Shown: one piece after another, positions 28,285 through 36,870 of the stretch
How positions within the stretch are numbered: position 1 is the stretch's first letter
Layout: every line of letters starts with the position of its first letter
Source: a virus
Taxonomy: Duplodnaviria; Heunggongvirae; Uroviricota; Caudoviricetes
Reading direction: 5' to 3' (one strand)
Virus record (IMG/VR): IMGVR_UViG_3300033076_000838
Coordinates: 239,836-287,455 of that record
Length of the DNA: 47,620 bases
The notes under the pieces: generated by a model
The model's database searches: none
Told to the model about the DNA's origin: nothing
The model's input: the letters and a program-made list of their open reading frames with translations, nothing else
Translations under genes and position numbers: made by a program

Positions 28285-29367
28285 ATGGCAAATTCAAAAT
28301 TGTTAAAAGATGCAATTGCTGATGCTAAAGCCGTACGTGAAACTGCTATTGCTAACGCTAAAATCGCATTAGAAGAAGCTTTTACTCCAAGATTACAATC
28401 AATCTTATCTAAGAAATTACAAGCCGAAATGGAAGGTGATGACGAAGAAGCTGATGTAAATGAAGAGTATGGTGCTGATGATGTTGATGCAACTGATTCA
28501 TCAGAAATCGGTGCAGGTGAAGGACAAGATGGTAGTGGAACTGATGGTGATGAGCCGCAAGGTATCGCAACTGATGCTCACACTGAATTAGGTGACACAG
28601 AAAAAGAAACAGCTGAACCAGGTAAAGAGGATGAAAACATGCCTCTTGCAGAAGGTGAAGATGAAGAAGTAAATGAGGAAGAAGAAACTCAGGTACAAGA
28701 AGAAGATGAAGACGAGTTAGATTTAGAATCTATCATCAGAGAATTAGAAGACGAGTTGAGTGAAGAAGAATCCGAAGTAGGATACGAAGACCCAACAAAT
28801 GCAGATGATGCATCCGTTTCTGAAGAAGATGAAGCTGAAGCTCCAGCAGTTGAAGAAGAGGAATCAGAAGAAGCTGCAGAAGTATCAGAAGAAGATGAAA
28901 TCGACTTAGAAGAAATCTTACGTGAAATGGGATACGGAGATGATGAAGAAGTAAACGAAGAAGGTGAAGAAGAAGAATCTAATAATGTAGCAGAAATGGA
29001 AGCAGAATTAGAAGAAGCTTACAAAGTAATCAAATCTTTGAAATCTACAATCAACGAAGTAAACTTGTTAAACGCAAAATTACTTTACACTAACAAATTA
29101 TTCCGTTCTTATGATTTAACAAATGAGCAAAAGCACAAAGTTGTTGAAACATTAGACAGAACTCAAAATGTTAGAGAAGTGAAATTAGTTTTTGCAACAT
29201 TAGCTGAATCGATGAAAATCGGTGGTACTGCTAAGAAAGTAAAAACAAACAAAATAACTGAATCATTCGCATCTAAGAAAGTTGCTTCAACTGCACCAAA
29301 GGCTGCAATTATCAACGAATCAAACGATATGGCTGAAAGATTTAAGAAGTTAGCAAATATTAAATAA
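28285..29367 (+). CDS. Prohead core scaffold protein (gp22-like by position and composition)
   Basis: Very acidic, many VNEE/VSEE/LAE sites, C-terminal MAERFKKLANIK, immediately upstream of the major capsid gene. Confidence 0.8.
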   Translation: MANSKLLKDAIADAKAVRETAIANAKIALEEAFTPRLQSILSKKLQAEMEGDDEEADVNEEYGADDVDATDSSEIGAGEGQDGSGTDGDEPQGIATDAHTELGDTEKETAEPGKEDENMPLAEGEDEEVNEEEETQVQEEDEDELDLESIIRELEDELSEEESEVGYEDPTNADDASVSEEDEAEAPAVEEEESEEAAEVSEEDEIDLEEILREMGYGDDEEVNEEGEEEESNNVAEMEAELEEAYKVIKSLKSTINEVNLLNAKLLYTNKLFRSYDLTNEQKHKVVETLDRTQNVREVKLVFATLAESMKIGGTAKKVKTNKITESFASKKVASTAPKAAIINESNDMAERFKKLANIK

Positions 29368-29401
29368 ACAAAAAACAAAATTCTAAGGAGAGAAAAATAA
29401 A

Positions 29402-31021
29402 ATGGCAAATTTTAATTTATCTAAACTTATGGAAGGCAAGAACCCACAATCAGTAATGTTGGCTGAAACACGTCAATTGAAGAACAAGTGGGAAAAAACT
29501 GGTCTTTTAGAAGGTTTAAAAGAAAGAGAGCAATCTCAAGTAGCAGTTCTATTAGAGAACCAAGCTAAACAATTATTGGATGAAGCAACAGCAACTGGTA
29601 CTTCTGCTGGTTCAGAAGAGTGGTCTGGTGTTGCATTACCATTGGTAAGACGTATTTTTGGTGAAATTGCAGCGAAAGAATTCGTTTCAGTTCAACCAAT
29701 GAACTTACCATCAGGTCTTATCTTCTATCTAGATTTCAAATACGGAACAGCAGTACAAGGTGCTACTAAGTTTAATGGTAAATCATTATTCGGTGGTAAT
29801 GGTACTTCTAACTTCGATGGTGACTTCGGTAGAACTAAGGCAGCAGTAAACGGTCTTTATGGTGAAGGAAGATATTCTTACACAATCAACGACCAATCAG
29901 TATCAGTATCAACTGGTAACCAAACATATGCAACTGCATCATGGGCAGAAGTAAAGTATGATTCTGCATTATCTTCATCAGTAGCAGCAGGTACATTAGC
30001 AAAAATTACAATTGCTAAAGCAAATATCAACTCTGCGGCTGATTTCGATGCTGTACGTTCATTCCACATCTCTGCATCAGGTTTCTCTGCAGCAGATACT
30101 TTCTACCCAGCACACTCTAGCTATGATGGTACTAACGTAACATTCTTCGCTAAAGTTGCGACAGTAGCTACACCAACTGCATTGACAGTTAAGTATTCTT
30201 TGGCTCCAACTTCTACAACAAGAGGTGATTTCGAAGATGCTAACCCAACAGAACCAGCAACTGACATCGCTATTCCAGAAGTTGATTTGGAATTACGTTC
30301 AGAGGCTATCGTTGCTAAGACTCGTAAGTTAAAAGCAGTGTGGACTCCTGAATTGGCACAAGATTTAAATGCTTACCACTCAATTGATGCAGAAGCTGAA
30401 TTAACTTCTATGTTATCTGAATATATCTCATTAGAGATTGACTTAGAAATCTTAGATATGTTAAAAGCTAACGCTTTAACAACTGAATACTGGTCAGCAA
30501 CAATCGGTGAAGAGTACAACTCTACAGCAGGTACTTGGTCAGCAGGTTCTTCTTCATTAGCATACCAAAAAAATACTTGGTTCCAAACTTTGGGTACTAA
30601 GATTAACAAAGTATCTAATAAGATTCATCAATTAACATTGAGAGGTGGTGCAAACTTCATCGTTGTATCTCCAGATATCGCAACTATCTTAGAATCAATT
30701 CCTGGATTCGTAGTGAACGCTGATAAAGATGCAGCTTCATTCGCAGCTGGTGTATCTCAAGTAGGTTCATTAGCATCTCGTTACACAGTCTACAAAAACC
30801 CATACATGACTTCTAACGAAATCTTGTTAGGTTTCAAAGGTTCTAGTTTCTTAGAGACTGGTGCTGTGTACGCTCCATACGTTCCATTGATTATGACTCC
30901 ATTAGTGTACGACCCAACTAACTTCACGCCAAGACGTGGTGTTATGACTCGTTACGCTAAGAAGATGGTCCGCCCAGAATTCTATGGCAAGATTTATGTT
31001 AAAGATTTGGCTTCAATCTAA
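29402..31021 (+). CDS. Major capsid protein (T4 gp23-like)
   Basis: LLENQ, PLVRR, VQPMNLPSGLIF, AKTRKLKAVWTPELAQDL.AYH..DAEAEL, YAPYVPL, GVMTRY. Predicted maturation site LLDE61|A, analogous to T4 gp23 E65|A66. Confidence 0.97.
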   Translation: MANFNLSKLMEGKNPQSVMLAETRQLKNKWEKTGLLEGLKEREQSQVAVLLENQAKQLLDEATATGTSAGSEEWSGVALPLVRRIFGEIAAKEFVSVQPMNLPSGLIFYLDFKYGTAVQGATKFNGKSLFGGNGTSNFDGDFGRTKAAVNGLYGEGRYSYTINDQSVSVSTGNQTYATASWAEVKYDSALSSSVAAGTLAKITIAKANINSAADFDAVRSFHISASGFSAADTFYPAHSSYDGTNVTFFAKVATVATPTALTVKYSLAPTSTTRGDFEDANPTEPATDIAIPEVDLELRSEAIVAKTRKLKAVWTPELAQDLNAYHSIDAEAELTSMLSEYISLEIDLEILDMLKANALTTEYWSATIGEEYNSTAGTWSAGSSSLAYQKNTWFQTLGTKINKVSNKIHQLTLRGGANFIVVSPDIATILESIPGFVVNADKDAASFAAGVSQVGSLASRYTVYKNPYMTSNEILLGFKGSSFLETGAVYAPYVPLIMTPLVYDPTNFTPRRGVMTRYAKKMVRPEFYGKIYVKDLASI

Positions 31022-31053
31022 TCTTAACTGAATCTCCAACGATTCAATAATAG

Positions 31054-31082
31054 AAAAGGGAAACGAAAGTTTCCCTTTTTTT
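31054..31082 (+). terminator. Rho-independent terminator after the major capsid gene
   Basis: AAAAGGGAAAC-GAAA-GTTTCCCTTTT followed by a T run. Confidence 0.9.
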
Positions 31083-31142
31083 ATGTCTATAACTAGTTGA
31101 TTTTCAACGGCCAAAAATAATTGAAAAAAAAGTGATAAAATA

Positions 31143-31174
31143 TTTGGAAAAGTGGTAAAAATGTTGTAGTTTAG
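31143..31174 (+). promoter_or_regulatory. Bacteroidetes-type sigma promoter (-33 TTTG / -7 TAnnTTWG)
   Basis: TTTG 31143, 20-nt spacer, TAGTTTAG 31167; duplicated at 31523. Confidence 0.7.
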
Positions 31175-31214
31175 CTATGTAAGATTAAGAGATAAACAAT
31201 AAAACTTAAAAGAT

Positions 31215-31505
31215 ATGAAAACTCAATTTGAAATCTGGTTAGAAGGTGTTAATAACGAATTTGATGGTAAAGTATATAGTTGGAAACCTTTAACCTTTAA
31301 AAAAGGTTCTAAATTTATAAAAATACAAAGTGGAAGTTCCGTATGGGGATTCGTTTCGATGTATGATGGACACTTTCAAGGTTTACCTATCAAAAAAGGT
31401 GATTTAATGAAACCAGCAAGTTGGAGAGCCCCGGCTAAACATAGTAGAGGAAACATCTTCGATGGTACTGCGAAATATAAATGGACAGGACCAGAATATT
31501 TGTAA
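31215..31505 (+). CDS. Small conserved-looking phage hypothetical protein
   Basis: KGSKFIKI..SVWGFV..KGDLMKPASWRAPAKHSRGNIF..WTGPEYL; own host-type promoter; no SD. Confidence 0.7.
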   Translation: MKTQFEIWLEGVNNEFDGKVYSWKPLTFKKGSKFIKIQSGSSVWGFVSMYDGHFQGLPIKKGDLMKPASWRAPAKHSRGNIFDGTAKYKWTGPEYL

Positions 31506-31522
31506 AAAAAAGTGGTAAATAA

Positions 31523-31554
31523 TTTGGAAATATCAAATAAATTACCTATATTAG
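31523..31554 (+). promoter_or_regulatory. Second Bacteroidetes-type promoter
   Basis: TTTG 31523, 20-nt spacer, TATATTAG 31547. Confidence 0.7.
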
Positions 31555-31593
31555 CTTTGTAATAAGAGATAAACAATTTAAACCATAAAAGAC

Positions 31594-31860
31594 ATGAATT
31601 ATTCAGAATTATCAAAATTATCAGTATCAGAGTTACGCAACCTTAATCAGATGGTTGTAGAGTTAATCAAACAAAAACGTAGTATTGAATCCTTAGAAAA
31701 GAAAATGGGATTACAAATTGGTATGAAGGTTACCGTCAACCATCCTAAATTGATGGGTAGAGAGTTAGAAGTTACTAAAATCAACCGAACAAAGGCTAAT
31801 TTACGAGTAATCGGTGGATTTGCTTCTTACAACGTTCCGGTTTCGATGATTGAATATTAG
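31594..31860 (+). CDS. Small hypothetical protein (N-terminal helix plus SH3/KOW-like beta domain)
   Basis: LQIGMKVTV...EVTKINRTKA...YNVPVSMI; own host-type promoter; no SD. Confidence 0.65.
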   Translation: MNYSELSKLSVSELRNLNQMVVELIKQKRSIESLEKKMGLQIGMKVTVNHPKLMGRELEVTKINRTKANLRVIGGFASYNVPVSMIEY

Positions 31861-31900
31861 AATATTGTTGTTTTTAGATTTTCATATATTTTAAATTTGG

Positions 31901-31924
31901 AGGGAGAGAAATCTCCCTTTTTTT
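31901..31924 (+). terminator. Rho-independent terminator
   Basis: AGGGAGA-GAAA-TCTCCCT plus T run. Confidence 0.88.
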
Positions 31925-31963
31925 ATGTATTTATATACTTATTATAGTAAAGGAACATAAATA

Positions 31964-32335
31964 ATGGAACAATTAGCATCAATTTTTTTTCATAGCAGAA
32001 CACAAGCACATCAATTTCATACTTTAACTAAAGGACCGGGTTCTCTTGCAATTCATTTAGCATTAGAAAGTTACTATACTGAAATTATACCATTATTAGA
32101 TGGATTAATTGAGGCATATCAAGGTAAATATGGTTTAATAACTTATAAACAAGTAAACGGAAACGATAATGATACATCAAAGGAAAATATAATCGCATAT
32201 TTTGATAAACTTATTAAATTCTTAGAAAACGAAAGACAAATTGAAAAATTAAAAGATAGTTGGATTCAAAATGAATTAGATAATATCGCTAAACTATTAT
32301 ATTCTACAAAATACAAATTAGTAAACTTAGGATAA
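31964..32335 (+). CDS. Ferritin/Dps-like four-helix protein (DUF5856-like)
   Basis: QAHQFH...HLALESYY...LDGLIEAYQGKYG...QNELDNI...YKL. Confidence 0.65.
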   Translation: MEQLASIFFHSRTQAHQFHTLTKGPGSLAIHLALESYYTEIIPLLDGLIEAYQGKYGLITYKQVNGNDNDTSKENIIAYFDKLIKFLENERQIEKLKDSWIQNELDNIAKLLYSTKYKLVNLG

Positions 32336-32357
32336 TAAACTATAATCGAATTTACCG

Positions 32358-32387
32358 AAGGGAGTGGAGCAATTCACTCCCTTTTTT
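32358..32387 (+). terminator. Rho-independent terminator
   Basis: AAGGGAGTGGA-GCAA-TTCACTCCCTT plus T run. Confidence 0.88.
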
Positions 32388-32434
32388 GTTATTTTATATT
32401 TATATATGAATAATTGTATTAAGGAGAGTAAATT

Positions 32435-33586
32435 ATGTCTCAATCAAGAGTATGGACAGGTGTAGCAACGTTTGTTACGGGTAGTTCAACCCCATTCGGT
32501 ATATATGATAATGATTCGGAATTTGTTTCCGATGCACCAAAAGTGGCAACATGGTGTGCACAACGTTTAGGCTATCCTATCGTTGATATAGAACTATTAT
32601 CAAGTTCATTTTTTGCTGTTTTTGAAGAAGCAGTAAGTGAATATTCTGCACAAGTCAATCAATTTAGTATAAGACAAAATTTAGGTGCGTTAGAAGGACA
32701 ACAATTAAGTAACAATTTCACAACATCATCAGTTTTAGGTAGTGAATTACATAATGTAATTACTATTGCAGATTCATATGGAACTCTAGCAGGTGTGGGT
32801 GGTAATGTAGATGTGAAAAGTGGTTCAATTGATATGACATCTGGTAGACAAGATTATGATTTACAAGCACTTTGGGGTGATGTGAGTGAAAGCGGTGAAA
32901 GAATTGATATAACAAGAGTATTTCACGAACCTACACCTGCAATTAATAGATTCTTTGACCCTTATTCAGTAAGTGGACAAGGAACACTTAATTTAATTGA
33001 TGAATTTGGGTTTGGTTCATTCTCACCAGCAGCACAATTTGTATTAATGCCTCTTTATGAAGATATGTTAAGAATTCAGGCAATTGAATTCAATGACCAA
33101 ATTCGTAAATCAGCACATACCTTTAATATTACAAATAATAAATTACAAATATTCCCAATACCAACTACAAATAGTAAACTTTGGTTTGAATATATCGTAA
33201 AGAAAGATTTTAGAGAAGGTGCTACTGTCGTAAGACCAAATGTAGTTAGTGATTACTCTAATGTTGGATATAATTTCAAAGCATATTCAAATATTAACGA
33301 TGTAGGTAAACAATGGATTAGAAAATATACACTTGCACTTGCAAAAGAATTATTAGGTGCAATTAGAGAAAAATATTCAACTGTCCCAATCCCTGGTTCT
33401 GAAATTTCATTAGATGGTGCAGCTTTAAGAGCAGAAGCACAAACTGAAAAAGAAAATTTAGTTACACAATTAAGAGAGAATTTGGAAGAGGTAAGTAAAA
33501 AACAAAGAATGGAAAATGAATCTAATATTATTGACCATCAGCAAAAAATATTAAACAAAGTTCCACTTGCAATATACATAGGATAA
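32435..33586 (+). CDS. Neck protein (T4 gp13-like)
   Basis: RLGYPIVDIEL and WIRKYTLALAKELLG.IR.KY..VPIPG..ISLDG..L..EA. Confidence 0.8.
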   Translation: MSQSRVWTGVATFVTGSSTPFGIYDNDSEFVSDAPKVATWCAQRLGYPIVDIELLSSSFFAVFEEAVSEYSAQVNQFSIRQNLGALEGQQLSNNFTTSSVLGSELHNVITIADSYGTLAGVGGNVDVKSGSIDMTSGRQDYDLQALWGDVSESGERIDITRVFHEPTPAINRFFDPYSVSGQGTLNLIDEFGFGSFSPAAQFVLMPLYEDMLRIQAIEFNDQIRKSAHTFNITNNKLQIFPIPTTNSKLWFEYIVKKDFREGATVVRPNVVSDYSNVGYNFKAYSNINDVGKQWIRKYTLALAKELLGAIREKYSTVPIPGSEISLDGAALRAEAQTEKENLVTQLRENLEEVSKKQRMENESNIIDHQQKILNKVPLAIYIG

Positions 33587-33590
33587 TTTT

Positions 33591-34145
33591 ATGGCAAAAT
33601 TTTTTCATAGTAGAGATTTAGATTTTATAAAAACTATTGCTGAAGAAGTAGTAGATTATGTAGTGCAACAAGCAGTGACATTATTCAAAGTTTCAGTTGG
33701 CGAATCTAAAACTAATTTGTATGGTGAATCTATTGGTAAAGTTTACCATCAACCTGCAAATTTAATGTGTATTATTCAAAGAGAACAAGTAACAACAAAC
33801 TACGATGAATTTGGACCGGATAGTACCAATACAATTGAGTTTCGTTTTATGAGACATCGTTTGAGAACACATGAAATACCAAAAATAACGGCAGTGAATG
33901 GAACGGAAGTACCTGCAGATGCTGTACAAAATACACTTACTGGTTATCCAGAAGTAGGTGATGTTATTTTGTTTGATGGATATTATTATGAATTAAATAA
34001 TATAGAGGAAAGTGTATTAGTTGGTGGTTCTCCTACAATATATGACCCACAAACAAATACATTTGAAGATGCTAGAATGCAATTAATAGCTACTGGTTTC
34101 TTAGTAAGACGTTCACAAATACAAATTGAGGAGAGAACATACTAA
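33591..34145 (+). CDS. Head closure/neck protein (gp14-like)
   Basis: NLYGES, YPEVGDVILF..YYE; position after gp13-like gene. Confidence 0.6.
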   Translation: MAKFFHSRDLDFIKTIAEEVVDYVVQQAVTLFKVSVGESKTNLYGESIGKVYHQPANLMCIIQREQVTTNYDEFGPDSTNTIEFRFMRHRLRTHEIPKITAVNGTEVPADAVQNTLTGYPEVGDVILFDGYYYELNNIEESVLVGGSPTIYDPQTNTFEDARMQLIATGFLVRRSQIQIEERTY

Positions 34146-35260
34146 TGTCAATAGACCCATTAAAAAAACCTATCAATAGGGCAACCCAACTTAAAACTGA
34201 AGCTCAAAATCATAAAGGAGTTAAGTTATATGATGTGGATTTAGCAATTGCTGAACACATGATGGATGTTGTTGTCCCAACGGTCGAAGTGTTGGGTGAA
34301 AAGGTAAAAGTACCTGTTTTATATGGAAATCCGGAGAGATGGAAAAATATTAAGAAAGATGGGTTTCTAAGAGATAAAAATGGTCAAATTCAATTACCGA
34401 TGGTTGTATTCAAACGAAATTCTATAGCAAGAGATGATTCTATTGCTAATACTATGAATAGACATTTGATATACCCATCCGTAACAAAGTATTCAAAGAA
34501 ACACAAATACGATTTGTTCTCACAAATGACCGGAGTAAGAAGACCGGTAGAACAATATAACATAACAATGCCGGATTATGTAACTATTACATATGAGGTA
34601 ATGGTGTGGACTGATTTCACCGAACATATGAATAAAATATTGGAAGCATTTCAATATGCAACCGATGAATATTGGGGTGATAAAGGTGGATTCAAATTTA
34701 GAGTAAAAATTGATTCGTTTGATAATCAACAAGAAGTTGGTGATAACTCACAAAGAGTAGTAAGAAGTACATTCAGTATGACGGTAAATGCTTACTTACT
34801 ACCTGAAAAATTTGATAATGAATCTACTACTAAGAAAGTTTTAACTCCAAAAAAAGTAGTTTGGGGATTGGAAACTGATTTGACTGGTAATACTCATACA
34901 AATTATTCTGCTAAAAATGAAGTGGTATATAATGAGTATTCAGATATATTAGATTTTATCACTATTAGGGGTTCATATCCTGGAACTTTTGTGAATAGTA
35001 ACACAATCACATTAGATAATGTAAAAATCCCCCAATGCCCGCCAGAATTGAGAAGCACGTTTGATGATACGAACTGGTTTAGAGTTTATATAAATGGAGT
35101 ACTTATAAAACCTGCAATATATACATACACTTATAATGTGGATACAAAAGCAGTAACATTTACATTTAATACCAATTCTCCTGCATCAGCAACACAATTG
35201 GGTTATATATTAGAAAATACTGATGAATTTTATGTGACTGGGAAATTTATAGAATTATGA
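34145..35260 (+). CDS. Tail terminator / sheath stabiliser (gp15-like) with an extra C-terminal beta domain
   Basis: VPVLYGNPERW, LPMVVFKR.SI.RD, P.YV.ITYEV; position after gp13/gp14-like genes. Confidence 0.65.
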   Translation: MSIDPLKKPINRATQLKTEAQNHKGVKLYDVDLAIAEHMMDVVVPTVEVLGEKVKVPVLYGNPERWKNIKKDGFLRDKNGQIQLPMVVFKRNSIARDDSIANTMNRHLIYPSVTKYSKKHKYDLFSQMTGVRRPVEQYNITMPDYVTITYEVMVWTDFTEHMNKILEAFQYATDEYWGDKGGFKFRVKIDSFDNQQEVGDNSQRVVRSTFSMTVNAYLLPEKFDNESTTKKVLTPKKVVWGLETDLTGNTHTNYSAKNEVVYNEYSDILDFITIRGSYPGTFVNSNTITLDNVKIPQCPPELRSTFDDTNWFRVYINGVLIKPAIYTYTYNVDTKAVTFTFNTNSPASATQLGYILENTDEFYVTGKFIEL

Positions 35261-35703
35261 TTACTCCATTAGGTGATATAAATCGTTTATTAAAACAAAT
35301 ACATGAACCAGATGAATATCATTTGGCTCCATATGATTTATTACATCCACTTTATTGGTTGTGGATACTACATAATGCAGTTATAAATGATTTACCTACA
35401 CATTTAAGAAAAAATGTAAAAGAACATGCACGTTTTAATGTATTTGTAAATGGACAATTTATAGGACCAAACGATTATACAATAGAACAATTTGGTGGTC
35501 ATATTTTAGTAAAATTTAAAAAACAAAATTTTCAATATATTTTAGAACCAACTGATAGTATAAAAATAGAAGGTGATTTTCGTTTAACCGAAACTGCCGA
35601 AGTTATTGAAACTTTAGCGATACCATCTGCGTTGAGATATTTAGCTAATGAAGATGATAGTTCTATGATACAAGAAAACGGAGATAAATTATTTTTATTA
35701 TAA
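35257..35703 (+). CDS. Small virion structural protein (beta domain paralogous to neighbours)
   Basis: FNVFVNGQFI...YILEPTD.I.I.GDF resembles the C-terminus of 34145. Confidence 0.55.
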   Translation: MITPLGDINRLLKQIHEPDEYHLAPYDLLHPLYWLWILHNAVINDLPTHLRKNVKEHARFNVFVNGQFIGPNDYTIEQFGGHILVKFKKQNFQYILEPTDSIKIEGDFRLTETAEVIETLAIPSALRYLANEDDSSMIQENGDKLFLL

Positions 35704-36068
35704 TGAGACAAAAACCTAACATATCGAAAATGCCTTATGATAATAAAAGCAGAATTAAAAATTTGATTGAAGGTGTAATACAAGATGTATCTTTATACCC
35801 ACATACTCCAGACCAATTGGTTTTAGTAGATGGATTAATTACATTAGTTTTATGGAATAAAAAATTCTTAACGGAAGAAATGAAAATAACAATTCCAAAA
35901 GATTATACTGATGTTTATTTACAAGGTATTAAACAAAGTTCTAATATTTATGATATTGGAATAAATGGTGAAAATATTATAATAACATTTGGAGATACAT
36001 TAGGTTACAATCAAACTGAATTAACAATAAATGACTTTTTGATAAAAGGAAAAATAGTGAGTATTTAA
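35703..36068 (+). CDS. Small virion structural protein
   Basis: DVYLQGIKQ...IIITF...DFLIKGKI; coupled to neighbours. Confidence 0.5.
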   Translation: MRQKPNISKMPYDNKSRIKNLIEGVIQDVSLYPHTPDQLVLVDGLITLVLWNKKFLTEEMKITIPKDYTDVYLQGIKQSSNIYDIGINGENIIITFGDTLGYNQTELTINDFLIKGKIVSI

Positions 36069-36072
36069 AAAT

Positions 36073-36744
36073 ATGGCTACACTTATTCAAAGTAAACAAA
36101 TAGAAGGTGTTGTTACCGCCTCGGTAATTGATGGACAATTTACGGTCTCTGGTTCACAGGTATTAACCGGTTCACTTTATGTGGATGGGGATATAACTGC
36201 TTCTGGAGTAATACAAGGTTCACAATTTGTTGGAGATGGTAGTCGATTAACTGGTGTAGTTGCAGAAGGTACTGGTATTAATATTTTAAGTGGTTCGGTT
36301 GATATAGTTTCAACGGAATTACGCTTTTCAGGTTCGGGTGTATCAATTGATGTAATAAACTCAAATACAGCCTCATTAGAAATTAAATCACCATACGAGG
36401 TGGGTGGTTTATTTAGATTATATAATAATTATGCATCATTAGTATCATCATCCGTTAGTTATTTTACCGATGGTCAAATTGTATATGTAAAAGATACAAA
36501 TGCTCTTTATCAAGCAGATATAACTTATGCAGATTTTGTAACCACATTTACTGATACTATAACTTGGAATAGTTACACTTTTGCAATTGGCGATTCATCC
36601 GTAAATGCAGGAAATGGATTATCTAAATCGGTAGCAGGTGGTATTACAACGTTATCTCTAAATACAGGTTCTGCACATTTTACTAATGCAGTGGAATATA
36701 TAATTTCATCTGGTTCATATATGATTGATGCCGGAACGATTTAA
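36073..36744 (+). CDS. Short fibre/adaptor protein
   Basis: S/T/G-rich, F.GDGS.LT motif, C-terminal IDAGTI. Confidence 0.6.
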   Translation: MATLIQSKQIEGVVTASVIDGQFTVSGSQVLTGSLYVDGDITASGVIQGSQFVGDGSRLTGVVAEGTGINILSGSVDIVSTELRFSGSGVSIDVINSNTASLEIKSPYEVGGLFRLYNNYASLVSSSVSYFTDGQIVYVKDTNALYQADITYADFVTTFTDTITWNSYTFAIGDSSVNAGNGLSKSVAGGITTLSLNTGSAHFTNAVEYIISSGSYMIDAGTI

Positions 36745-36870
36745 CTAATCTCAAATATTTTTATATTTATACATAAATCGACACTAGATAGTGTTTTATC
36801 ATTAGGCATATGTCCTTAAAACTCACAAAAATGTTATAGAATTAACAAAAAACTAAAAAAGGAAATTTAA

